Origin: an uncultured Gammaproteobacteria bacterium
Lineage (GTDB): Bacteria > Patescibacteriota > Patescibacteriia > SBBC01 > CAIJZX01
Direction of reading: 5' to 3'
Assembly (NCBI GenBank): GCA_964397195.1
Contig: CAYNGY010000004.1
Span: forward strand, 1,923-65,922
DNA: 64,000 nt
Both the position numbers and the translations under genes were made by a program. Shown piece after piece: positions 52,919-62,388 of the stretch. Position 1 is the first letter of the stretch. Every line of letters begins with the position of its first letter. The notes beneath the pieces are model-generated. The model was not told where the DNA came from and ran no database searches. It saw nothing but the letters and a program-made list of their open reading frames with translations.

Positions 52919-53527
52919 CTACAACGGCAAATTCTGATTGAGAATTCCGGAGTCCTTCACCGCGTTGATCGTTTTTAACGTCCCATTCACATCAAGATTC
53001 TTCGGGAAAAAGGTGTCGAGGGCTTTTTGTGATTCCTTCAGCGCTTTCGGTAAGAACGGTACGAGCCAGGCCGAAATACCGAGTAAGAACGGAACCATGA
53101 AGGAGTGGTGGAGCGAGGTAGCCCAGCCTTCGGGAATCGGCAGTCGATTGACGAATTGTAGAATCAGTCCGAGAAAGATTGCGCCTTCGAGAAATCCGAA
53201 AATGGCGCCGCCAAATCGATTGACCATTTTTAAGCCGGGTACGATAGCGATGATGTTGAACAATTTATTGACGAACCAGACGATGATCGCTACAGCGCGC
53301 GTGGCCAAAAAGAAAATAACGATAAAGGCGGCAACTTTTCCTACCAGTTCATTGCCACCAACAATCGGCTGGACCGCGGGCGCGAGTCCTTCATACCACC
53401 GCGAGGCCACAAACGACCCAATAATTAAACCAAAGACGCCGCCGATTGACGAGATCAGTCCCGCCGTAAACCCACCCCAGACATAGGAGAAGAGGGCGAG
53501 AATAAGGATGAGATCGAGCCAAGACAT
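52919..53527 (-). CDS. cvpA: CvpA-family membrane protein
   Basis: Four TM segments, colicin V production protein family pattern. Confidence 0.7.
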   Translation of the reverse strand: MSWLDLILILALFSYVWGGFTAGLISSIGGVFGLIIGSFVASRWYEGLAPAVQPIVGGNELVGKVAAFIVIFFLATRAVAIIVWFVNKLFNIIAIVPGLKMVNRFGGAIFGFLEGAIFLGLILQFVNRLPIPEGWATSLHHSFMVPFLLGISAWLVPFLPKALKESQKALDTFFPKNLDVNGTLKTINAVKDSGILNQNLPL

Positions 53528-53554
53528 GTTGATAGTGTACTCCGCGACCCGAAC

Positions 53555-54301
53555 TTACTCAAGTTTTGGGCCGAGGGCCATGCCGCCGTCAACCGACCAG
53601 ACGGCGCCGGTCACGTAACTCGCTTGGTTCGAGACGAGGAATGACACCACATTGGCCACTTCGCTCACCTTCCCAATTCGTTGCATTGGCACCCGTTTCA
53701 CAAAGTAGTCCGTGTACTCGGTTCGATTCTGGAAGAATTTGTCGGAGATACCGGTCGTGACGGGACCCGGACAGACGGCGTTCACGCGGACGTTCTTTTC
53801 AGCGCCCTGCACAGCCCAAGATTTGGTCAACATAATCACCGCCGCTTTCGAGGCACTGTAGACCGCAACATCGTATTCAGGCATCAACCCGGCCACCGAG
53901 GAAATGTTGACGATCGTACCGGCCGTTTTAACGAGCGACTTCCACGCATGCTTAGTCATTACCACGGTACCCCGAACATTCGTGTCCATAATCTCGTCAT
54001 ACTTTTTCATGTCGAGTGAGCCGACTCCTTCTTCAACCAGGGCGATCCCAGCGTTGTTCACAACGGCATCAATTCGGCCCCACATCCGAACCGTGGCGGC
54101 CACCACACGTTTTGCATCCTTTTCCTCCCGCACATCACACGGCACAAACAGTGCGGCTCGACCAAGTCTTTTCGCGGCCGCGAGACCTGCGTCTTTGTTC
54201 CGATTTGCTAGGACAACTCGATACCCGTCCGCCACTAGTCGCTCGGCAATCCCAAAACCAATACCGTGCGATCCGCCGGTAACGATGGCTACTTTTTTCA
54301 T
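53555..54301 (-). CDS. SDR-family oxidoreductase
   Basis: TGGSHGIG Rossmann motif, catalytic YxxxK (YSASKAA). Start at MKKVAIVTGG. Confidence 0.85.
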   Translation of the reverse strand: MKKVAIVTGGSHGIGFGIAERLVADGYRVVLANRNKDAGLAAAKRLGRAALFVPCDVREEKDAKRVVAATVRMWGRIDAVVNNAGIALVEEGVGSLDMKKYDEIMDTNVRGTVVMTKHAWKSLVKTAGTIVNISSVAGLMPEYDVAVYSASKAAVIMLTKSWAVQGAEKNVRVNAVCPGPVTTGISDKFFQNRTEYTDYFVKRVPMQRIGKVSEVANVVSFLVSNQASYVTGAVWSVDGGMALGPKLE

Positions 54302-54476
54302 ATGGGTGAGCGTGAGTTGATACGGATAGTATACGGCAGACACCTCAAAAAACAAAGTTGTCACGCCTTTTTCGACTCGGCCACTCCATCCACAACCCCA
54401 GACATATCTCCGAATGGATGGAGGTGCTACCATCTTGATCGGTAGCCGCTTCGATATTGATTAACCGCTAAAGACT

Positions 54477-54854
54477 ATGGCCATTCCCCACCGACTCCAT
54501 ATCGCCGCCATACTGACCACGCTGGTACTCATCGGCGCGGGGTGCAACGCAAAAACCGCGACCACTGAACGGACCGTCAACACCGGAGCAAATAATACTG
54601 CCACGGTCACCACCATTAGCATCAATGATTTTGCGTTTAATCCGAAAAATATCGAAGTGAAAGTTGGCACGACTGTTTCGTGGACGAATGACGACAGTGC
54701 TTCACACATCATCGTCGGCGATAGCGGTGGGCCGAACAGCTCCACCCTCGCGACCGGTGACACCTACGCCTATACCTTCAATACGGCCGGATCATTCCCA
54801 TATCACTGTGGGATTCATTCAATGATGACCGGAACGGTCACCGTCACCCAGTAG
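54477..54854 (+). CDS. cupredoxin (type-1 blue copper) lipoprotein
   Basis: Lipobox LIGAGC. Cu ligands H...YHCGIHSMM (Cys-His-Met) in an amicyanin/plastocyanin-like beta-sandwich. Confidence 0.7.
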   Translation: MAIPHRLHIAAILTTLVLIGAGCNAKTATTERTVNTGANNTATVTTISINDFAFNPKNIEVKVGTTVSWTNDDSASHIIVGDSGGPNSSTLATGDTYAYTFNTAGSFPYHCGIHSMMTGTVTVTQ

Positions 54855-54922
54855 TATCCACCGCGACGGCCTATCCGACGCCAGATATACGACCACGCAC
54901 TTCGTCTGCTATAGTGGTATAA

Positions 54923-55651
54923 ATGAAACATCTTCCCGTGTATATGGCGGCCCTGGTCCTGGCGTGCACCGGTGTTTTTCTGGTGGCGTCGCGTCCCGAC
55001 CATCCGAGTAACTCGAATACGACCAACACTGCCACGTTGAACGCCAATGCGGTCAGCTCCGCGCCGATGGCAAATACGACCCCGGAGCCACTCAACACGA
55101 ATACATCTCCCCCGCTCAACACGAATTCCACCAACCCATCACCCGCCGTCGTCGAACCAATCGCGAACTTTGCGACGCGAGTGACAAAAAAACCGTTCGG
55201 CATCTACATCACCCCAAAAACGTCGCCCATTCAGCCCGAAAAATTCACTGGCTATCACACCGGCGCTGATGCTGAAACGACCGCTGCCGAAGCTGACCAG
55301 AATACTCCCATCTTTGCGATTGCCAGTGGCAGCGTTGTGTTCGCCGACCACGTCAACGGCTACGGCGGCGTCATGATCATCAAACACACCATCGGCGGGA
55401 AAAAACTGTTATCGCTCTACGGCCATCTTCGAATCTCGTCCTTCACGGTGACGGTTGGCAAGACAGTTACCCCCGGGCAACGACTCGCATATCTCGGCAC
55501 CGGCTTTTCAAGCGAAACCGATCACGAACGAAAACATTTGCACTTTGGCCTCATCAACGGCTGGACGATAACCTACAAAGGCTACGTGACGACGAAAAGC
55601 GCACTATCATCATGGATGAACCCTGCCAGCTGGCTGGCCGCTCATGAATAA
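54923..55651 (+). CDS. M23-family peptidase (LytM-like)
   Basis: Signal/TM then M23 motifs (HTGADA..., GHLHFG). Confidence 0.75.
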   Translation: MKHLPVYMAALVLACTGVFLVASRPDHPSNSNTTNTATLNANAVSSAPMANTTPEPLNTNTSPPLNTNSTNPSPAVVEPIANFATRVTKKPFGIYITPKTSPIQPEKFTGYHTGADAETTAAEADQNTPIFAIASGSVVFADHVNGYGGVMIIKHTIGGKKLLSLYGHLRISSFTVTVGKTVTPGQRLAYLGTGFSSETDHERKHLHFGLINGWTITYKGYVTTKSALSSWMNPASWLAAHE

Positions 55652-55666
55652 AGCGACGGACCGGTT

Positions 55667-57079
55667 TTAGGCAACCCGCGGAAACAGTGGTTCGGCTTTT
55701 TTCACCGGCTGATTCAGCGAGGTCTGAATTTTTTCGGCGGTCTCCGGCATGAATGGCACGAGCAATGTCGCAATATCAGCCAAGGCATTGGCTAATGAGG
55801 CCAACAATGGCCGCACGTCCTCCCCGGCCTTGGCCATCTTCCACGGCGCCGCATCATCAATTTTCTTATTCGCCACCGTCACCAGATCCCAAACAATCCG
55901 CAACGCTTCATCATACCGGTAAGCCGCAATGGCTTCCATATACCCCGCGGGGGTATCCGCCATCACCCGCGTAAACGTTCCGTCACAATACTTTTCCACC
56001 ATATTCGTCACTCGGGACACGAGGTTCCCGAGTCCATTTGCCAGATCTGATGTATACACCTCTTTCAATCGTTCAACGGTAAAATCACTGTCTTCGAACG
56101 GGCTGACGTACCGAGCTAAATAGTACCGCACAGCGTCGGTACCAAACTCCGCGACCATGGCAAACGGGTCAATCACATTCCCCAACGACTTGCTCATTTT
56201 TTGTCCGCCGCTAGTAATAAACCCATGTATCACGATCTGCTCTGACGGCGCAATATCTGCCGACAAAAGCATCGCCTGCCACATGGCCGACTGCTGACGG
56301 AGGTTATCCTTTCCGGCAAACTGCACTGACGGCCACCAATCAGAGAACTGTTTCTCGGGCCAGCCGAGGCAGGAAATGTAGTTCACCAGCGCATCAAACC
56401 AGACATACATGACCTGCACGTCATCCCCCGGCACCGGAATACCCCATGGCATCTTCTCCTTGATGCGCGAGACGCTAAAATCCTGCAGACCACCTTCGAC
56501 AAACGTCCGGATTTCATTTAAGCGCCACGACGGGACCACAAACGCCGGCCGCTCACTATAGAGTTTTAAGAGCGGCTCTTGATATTTCGAAAACCGAAAG
56601 AAATAGTTCTCTTCCTCAATGAGCTCAATGGGAAGGTTTGGGTGAATCGCACATGTGCCATTAACTAACTCCGATTCGGTTTTCTCTAATTCGCAGCCGC
56701 TACAATACTTCACCCGATATTGCTTCTTGTAAATATCACCGTTTGCGGCACAACGATTCCAAAATTCCTGAGCCGCCGCCACATGGCGTTGGTCGGTTGT
56801 GCGAATAAAGGAATTGTACGACAGATTGAGCGCGGCCTTAAGCCGATCGAATTTGGCCGCGTACTCATCGACATACGCTTGTGGTTCTTTCCCCGCCTCG
56901 AGGGCCTGACGGTAGATCTTCACTCCATGTTCATCGGTGCCGGTATTGAAAAAAACATCCTCCCCGCGTTGCCGGGCCGCCCGGGCGACAATATCCGCCT
57001 GAATAATCTCTAAGGCGAACCCTATATGCGGATCGGAATTGACGTATGGAAGGGTGGTAGTCAGTGAAAGTCTTTTCAT
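55667..57079 (-). CDS. metG: methionyl-tRNA synthetase (short form)
   Basis: KMSKS motif and Zn knuckle CSGCE...C. Confidence 0.9.
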   Translation of the reverse strand: MKRLSLTTTLPYVNSDPHIGFALEIIQADIVARAARQRGEDVFFNTGTDEHGVKIYRQALEAGKEPQAYVDEYAAKFDRLKAALNLSYNSFIRTTDQRHVAAAQEFWNRCAANGDIYKKQYRVKYCSGCELEKTESELVNGTCAIHPNLPIELIEEENYFFRFSKYQEPLLKLYSERPAFVVPSWRLNEIRTFVEGGLQDFSVSRIKEKMPWGIPVPGDDVQVMYVWFDALVNYISCLGWPEKQFSDWWPSVQFAGKDNLRQQSAMWQAMLLSADIAPSEQIVIHGFITSGGQKMSKSLGNVIDPFAMVAEFGTDAVRYYLARYVSPFEDSDFTVERLKEVYTSDLANGLGNLVSRVTNMVEKYCDGTFTRVMADTPAGYMEAIAAYRYDEALRIVWDLVTVANKKIDDAAPWKMAKAGEDVRPLLASLANALADIATLLVPFMPETAEKIQTSLNQPVKKAEPLFPRVA

Positions 57080-57750
57080 GAGATAGTGCTTACTATAATC
57101 ACGATTTCCCCTCGCACTTCGTCGGGGTGGTCAATGAAATGCTGACGAACTGCGGTCAAAGTGCCGCGAATTACAGACTCGTGAATCTTGGTCAGCTCAC
57201 GACAGACAGCGGCCAGGCGGAGTGGTTGCGCCGCTTGCAAAGCATCAAGTGTTTTCAATAGCCGGTGCGGAGATTCGTACAGTACCACCGTTTCCTCAGT
57301 TTCGGCAATACGACGAAAAAGTGTTTCTCGCCCCTTCTTATGGGGTAAAAAGCCGAGGAATTGAAAGTGATCGGCCGGAAATCCGCAGATCGAAAGAGCC
57401 GCCGCGACGGCTGACGGACCCGGAATAGCAACAACCTCGATACCGCGCTCATGGGCCATCGCCACCAGCCTTCCCCCGGGGTCGGCCACGTTCGGCGTCC
57501 CGGCGTCACTGACGTACGCCCCTTCTCCTAGCTCAACAATCTGCGCTAAGACCGCCCCGAGCTTCTCATCCGTGGAGTGTTGATGCAAGGAAATCGTCCG
57601 GCCGACGGCCGTCAAGCCAACGAGAATCTTATGTGTCACTCGGGTATCCTCACAAAGAATAATCGGCACGGACGATAAAATACGCGCCGCCCGTGGCGTC
57701 AGGTCTTCACGATTCCCAATCGGCGTACCAACAACGTAGAGCCGCGCCAT
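57076..57750 (-). CDS. rsmI: 16S rRNA (cytidine1402-2'-O)-methyltransferase
   Basis: Tetrapyrrole-methylase fold, LYVVGTPIGN...CEDTR. ATGA overlap with metG. Confidence 0.8.
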   Translation of the reverse strand: MARLYVVGTPIGNREDLTPRAARILSSVPIILCEDTRVTHKILVGLTAVGRTISLHQHSTDEKLGAVLAQIVELGEGAYVSDAGTPNVADPGGRLVAMAHERGIEVVAIPGPSAVAAALSICGFPADHFQFLGFLPHKKGRETLFRRIAETEETVVLYESPHRLLKTLDALQAAQPLRLAAVCRELTKIHESVIRGTLTAVRQHFIDHPDEVRGEIVIIVSTIS

Positions 57751-57759
57751 GAAAATACC

Positions 57760-58827
57760 TTAAGCGTTGTCTACTTCGAGACGATTGTCTTTATCTTCGC
57801 GCTCCTGCAGAAAGTCCTCGAGGAAAGTCGTCACGATAATCATCGTCGGAACCGCCAGAATGACGCCAGCCACCCCGGCCAGTTTTGCCCCAACCAGTAA
57901 GGCCACGATCACCAGTACCGGATTTAAACCGGTGGTCTTTGACATGACCCGCGGCACTAAGAAATGGTTTTCTAACTGCTGAATACCAACGTACATCAGC
58001 ATCACCCAGACGGCGAAGATCGGATCACCGTTCCACGCCCCACCGGAGAGCGCCACTAAGATTGCCGGAATCGCACCGATGAACGGACCAACGGCCGGGA
58101 TCAACTCCGTGATACCGGCGATCAGCGCCAGCACAAACGCATAATCAACGCGCATGATCAGCAATCCGACGAGGGTCACCGCAAAAATGATAAAGCCGAG
58201 CAGCAATTGTCCGCGCAACCACATCCCCAATCGTTCCTCAATGCGATTAAACAACTGCACAAGGTACGGACGATATTTGACCGGTGCCAAATCAACGGCG
58301 ATTCGCTTCATGCCCTTCTCCTCCATAGTCATGTAGAAGGTCATGACGATAACCCCGAAGAACGCGAAGAGGCCGCCAAAGAATCCAAAGACCCGGCTAA
58401 AGAGCCCGGATGTCAGATTCCCGAGCGACTGCGTCACCGTCTCTAGGCCCTTCTGTAAACTATTCACAATCGTCGTATCTTCCACCGACTTGAAGGCGCT
58501 AAAGGCACGGTCGTAGAGCGTTGGGATTTGTCGTGCGAACTGCTCGAGCTGAGAAACGACAATCGGGACGATTAACATGATCACCAGGGTCACCACCGCC
58601 AGCAACAGAATATAGATGATAGCCAACCCAAAACCGCGGGGAATCCCCCGTCGCTCCAAGGCGGTAATCGACGGGTCAATCGCCGCCGCCAAGACCAGCG
58701 AGATGAACACGAGGAACAAGATGTCGGCAATCGACCGCACAAACAACACACCGAAAACAATGACCAAAACCTTCAACATGGTCTGCATCGAGATTTCGAT
58801 GGCGAGTGGGCGGCGTGATTGTTCCAT
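57760..58827 (-). CDS. AI-2E family transporter (PerM/UPF0118)
   Basis: Eight TM segments and the family pattern. Confidence 0.7.
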   Translation of the reverse strand: MEQSRRPLAIEISMQTMLKVLVIVFGVLFVRSIADILFLVFISLVLAAAIDPSITALERRGIPRGFGLAIIYILLLAVVTLVIMLIVPIVVSQLEQFARQIPTLYDRAFSAFKSVEDTTIVNSLQKGLETVTQSLGNLTSGLFSRVFGFFGGLFAFFGVIVMTFYMTMEEKGMKRIAVDLAPVKYRPYLVQLFNRIEERLGMWLRGQLLLGFIIFAVTLVGLLIMRVDYAFVLALIAGITELIPAVGPFIGAIPAILVALSGGAWNGDPIFAVWVMLMYVGIQQLENHFLVPRVMSKTTGLNPVLVIVALLVGAKLAGVAGVILAVPTMIIVTTFLEDFLQEREDKDNRLEVDNA

Positions 58828-58863
58828 AGCCTATAGAATACTCCCCTTTTTTCTGACGGGCAA

Positions 58864-60141
58864 CTACGCCGACCGGCCGCGGAGAATCGCCGCCAATGGC
58901 GCGGTTGGCATCTTCGGCGCAATCAAGGCTAAACGTCCGGCCCCCGGCCGAAAGAGTGATGCCGCAACTCGCCGGACATCCTCCGCCGTGACCTTCATGA
59001 TCCGAGCCACATGAGCCGCCGGTGCCTCCGTGCGCTTACCAAACAGTGCTTGGCGGCCATACCAGCCGGCTAGATTCTCGCCATCTTCGTAGGCCAATAC
59101 CGTCCGACCGCGAATATACTCTTTCGCACGATGGAGTTCTTCCGCACTGACCGCCGACGTCGTCGTCTGTCGTAGTTCCTTCATGATAACTCGCAAAGCT
59201 TCCGGCACGCGCTTCACTTCGAGCCCGGCCTGAACAGCAAAGACACCGGTATCTTCATACGGATGCGCCCCGGCACCGATCGAATACGCCAAACCCCGTT
59301 TCTCGCGCACTTCGATGAATAATCGTGAGCTCATGTTCCCACCCAGAATAACCGACAGCACACTCAACGCACCCATGTCCGGATGATTATACGGCAACGA
59401 TCGAAAACCGAGCGCGAGTTGCGCTTGTTGGAGGTCTTTGACGATTAAACGAACGGCGGGCGTTGGGTGTGGGCGGAAGGTCGGAAATGGCTTGCCGGTT
59501 CCACGACGATGTATCCCACCAAAATGTTTTCGTACAAGCGGCATCGTCGACGGTTTCATCCGGCCGGCGACAATCACCCACATTGCGCGATTTCGATAGT
59601 ACGCGTCGCGATAGGTAATCAGGTCGGCCCGGGTGATTCGAGCAATCGTCGACGCCGGACCGGTAATATTTCGTCCTAATGGGTGACCGGCGCCAAACAA
59701 GGCCAGCTCACACTCATCATCAATACCCATGACCGGATTCTCGGCGTACATTTTGATCTCTTCGATAATCACCCCACGTTCGCGATCAATTTCCGCCTGA
59801 TCAAAACGTGCGTGCTGGACAATGTCGCCGAGCATATCAACGGCCAGCTCCGTATGATCGGCGTGGGCTTTGACATAGTATCCGGTGTAATCTTTGGCCG
59901 TAAAGGCGTTATACGAAGCACCGATTCCATCCAGCTCTTTGGAAATATCGAGCGACGTCGGACGCCGGGTCGTGCCCTTAAACATCAGGTGCTCGATAAA
60001 ATGCGATGCGCCGCTGACACGTGCCGACTCATACCGCGATCCGACTTTTACCATCACCAAAACCGTCACCGCCTGCGTATCGTGAAGCGGAACCGTCACG
60101 ACGCGGACGCCGTTCGGAAGTGTCGTCAGGTGATGCGTCAT
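58864..60141 (-). CDS. M16-family zinc peptidase (insulinase-like)
   Basis: Inverted zinc motif HFIEH...E. Confidence 0.8.
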   Translation of the reverse strand: MTHHLTTLPNGVRVVTVPLHDTQAVTVLVMVKVGSRYESARVSGASHFIEHLMFKGTTRRPTSLDISKELDGIGASYNAFTAKDYTGYYVKAHADHTELAVDMLGDIVQHARFDQAEIDRERGVIIEEIKMYAENPVMGIDDECELALFGAGHPLGRNITGPASTIARITRADLITYRDAYYRNRAMWVIVAGRMKPSTMPLVRKHFGGIHRRGTGKPFPTFRPHPTPAVRLIVKDLQQAQLALGFRSLPYNHPDMGALSVLSVILGGNMSSRLFIEVREKRGLAYSIGAGAHPYEDTGVFAVQAGLEVKRVPEALRVIMKELRQTTTSAVSAEELHRAKEYIRGRTVLAYEDGENLAGWYGRQALFGKRTEAPAAHVARIMKVTAEDVRRVAASLFRPGAGRLALIAPKMPTAPLAAILRGRSA

Positions 60142-60848
60142 TCGCTTTCGCTCGTCACCACAAATGCTTTCTTGGTTGAGGTCAGATAGGCACTCAAACT
60201 ATATGTCTGGCCATCAGAAACGTACCCATAGTAGTAATTTGGGAAATCCGGATCGATCTTTTCATAGTACGTTCCGCCGTAAAACTCCTTCATTGCAGTA
60301 TAGAACAGATCGTCCGACGTTCGGTTGAGTTTGATCTGTTGTCCATCCGTCGACGGGTACTCCTGCCGAATCACGTAGTACGAGTTTAAGGCGTACTGCA
60401 AATCAATCAAATCCTGCTGACGGATAACATCCGACATGGTCAACGATTTATCAACCAGGGTCAATAAGTTCGCCTGCTTAATCGTTTGTAATTGCGCTTG
60501 CGTTGTCGCGTCGATCTTTCCGGCATCGCCCGACGTAAAAATGTTTGTATTCAGGATACTCGTATTGGTCGATGTATTCGTATTCTTATTCGTCGCCACG
60601 TTTGTGTTCTTATTGACGGACGTGTTGGTCGAACTGTTTACATTCGTGACGATCTTGGCATTAGAATAGACTCTGGTGTTCGTATTCTGATTCTCAAAAC
60701 TCGGCGCCTCTTTTATACCGATGGCAATCCCGACGGTCACCCCGACCACAAAAATGACCGGGTACAGCAACCAGGAGATAACTTGCGACGGAACTGGATG
60801 TTTTTTTGCGCCCGGGAGGGCTTGGTCCGGGTCAACGAGAATAGCCAT
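60138..60848 (-). CDS. hypothetical membrane-anchored protein with Asn/Thr-rich low-complexity region
   Basis: N-terminal TM, NTNTSTNTS repeats. ATGA overlap with the M16 gene. Promoter with extended -10 TGGTATACT upstream. Confidence 0.5.
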   Translation of the reverse strand: MAILVDPDQALPGAKKHPVPSQVISWLLYPVIFVVGVTVGIAIGIKEAPSFENQNTNTRVYSNAKIVTNVNSSTNTSVNKNTNVATNKNTNTSTNTSILNTNIFTSGDAGKIDATTQAQLQTIKQANLLTLVDKSLTMSDVIRQQDLIDLQYALNSYYVIRQEYPSTDGQQIKLNRTSDDLFYTAMKEFYGGTYYEKIDPDFPNYYYGYVSDGQTYSLSAYLTSTKKAFVVTSESE

Positions 60849-60922
60849 AGTGTTTGTGTTCTAAAGGCCCTCTGAGTATACCACAAAACTCGGCAAGCGA
60901 AACTTCAGGCGACCTGTGGAGC

Positions 60923-62284
60923 CTATCCCAGCCGTTCCCGCAGATACGCCACCAAATCGTGGCTGTCGACGACCTCTTGCTCCATCGTATCGCGATGACG
61001 GATAGTCACGGTGCCCTGTGGGCGTTTTCCGCCCTCCACAGATTCGAAATCAACGGTGATACAGAATGGCGTACCGATCTCATCTTGGCGACGATACCGA
61101 CGACCAATCGAGCCGGTCTCATCGTACATCGTCGTCCAGTGCTTGCGGAGGTCCTGCGTGATTTCATGAGCCAATTTCTGCAGTTCCGGCTTTTTGGAAA
61201 GCGGCAAAACAGCGGCTTTAACGGGCGCAATGGCCGGATGGAGATGAAGCACGATCTCTTCCTCTTTGACGCTCTCAGTCGTCGTTGATCGTCCCCCGCT
61301 TACCACATCATAGGCGTCGAGCAAAAACGCCAGCGCCACTCGATCAACGCCCAGCGATGGCTCAATAACATACGGCACTTGTTTCACATTATCGTCATCA
61401 CCGATGGAAACCGCGAAGGCCTGTTCATCACCGCGCGCAAATTTTCCATGCTGGCGGAGATCATAATCTCCACGGTTCGCAATCCCCCATAGTTCTGACC
61501 AGCCGTCCCCAAACGGAAAGGCGAACAAGATGTCAGTGGTTGCCTTCGAGTAATGCGCCAGCTCTGCTTTCGGATATTCGTGAAGTTTAATACTCGAGCT
61601 TTTTATGCCGTGATTCAATAACCATTGTCGACTACGCTCAACCCACTCCGAGAAGAACTTGTCAGCCTCGGCCGGCGGCACAAAATATTCCATTTCCATT
61701 TGCTCGAATTCACGTGATCGAAAAACGAAATTACCCGGCGTGATTTCGTTACGGAACGCCTTGCCGATCTGCGCAATGCCGAACGGTAACTTCATGCGCA
61801 TCGTTTCGCGCACGTTTTCGAAATTCACAAAAATATTCTGACAGGTTTCCCCGCGGAGGTAGGCCAAGCTCCCGGCATCTTCGACCGGTCCGACGCTCGT
61901 CCGAAACATCACATTAAATCGACGTGGATCCGTCAATTCACCGCCACAATCCGGGCATTTCGAAAGTTTCGCCCCGTCATCACGAAAACGATGGTGGCAT
62001 TTTTTACATTCGACTAGCATGTCCACCATGTTCGCAACATGCCCGCTCGCCTCCCAGACTTTCGGATTGGTAATGATGGAGCCGTCAATCCCAACTACAT
62101 CGTCCCACAGCAACACAAACTCTTTCCACCAGGCGGCCTTAATGTTTTCCTTCAGTTTATGGCCGAGCGGACCCCAATCCCAAAAACCCCCAAACCCGCC
62201 GTAAATCTCGGCTGACGGGAATACAAAGCCCCGCCGTTTACAGAGATTCACAATCCGATCCATCTGGGTCATGTCCTTAGGCAT
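60923..62284 (-). CDS. glyQS: glycyl-tRNA synthetase (alpha2 type)
   Basis: Class II motifs and anticodon-binding domain. Start at MPKDMTQMDRIV (ATG 62284). Confidence 0.9.
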   Translation of the reverse strand: MPKDMTQMDRIVNLCKRRGFVFPSAEIYGGFGGFWDWGPLGHKLKENIKAAWWKEFVLLWDDVVGIDGSIITNPKVWEASGHVANMVDMLVECKKCHHRFRDDGAKLSKCPDCGGELTDPRRFNVMFRTSVGPVEDAGSLAYLRGETCQNIFVNFENVRETMRMKLPFGIAQIGKAFRNEITPGNFVFRSREFEQMEMEYFVPPAEADKFFSEWVERSRQWLLNHGIKSSSIKLHEYPKAELAHYSKATTDILFAFPFGDGWSELWGIANRGDYDLRQHGKFARGDEQAFAVSIGDDDNVKQVPYVIEPSLGVDRVALAFLLDAYDVVSGGRSTTTESVKEEEIVLHLHPAIAPVKAAVLPLSKKPELQKLAHEITQDLRKHWTTMYDETGSIGRRYRRQDEIGTPFCITVDFESVEGGKRPQGTVTIRHRDTMEQEVVDSHDLVAYLRERLG

Positions 62285-62388
62285 ATGGCCCAGTCTACCA
62301 GTCAAACGCTCGAAATTCAAGGGCAAACAATACCCTAACTGTCGTGATCGGACCCGCCACACCACTCAGCCCTACCCGAGCGCCAGGC

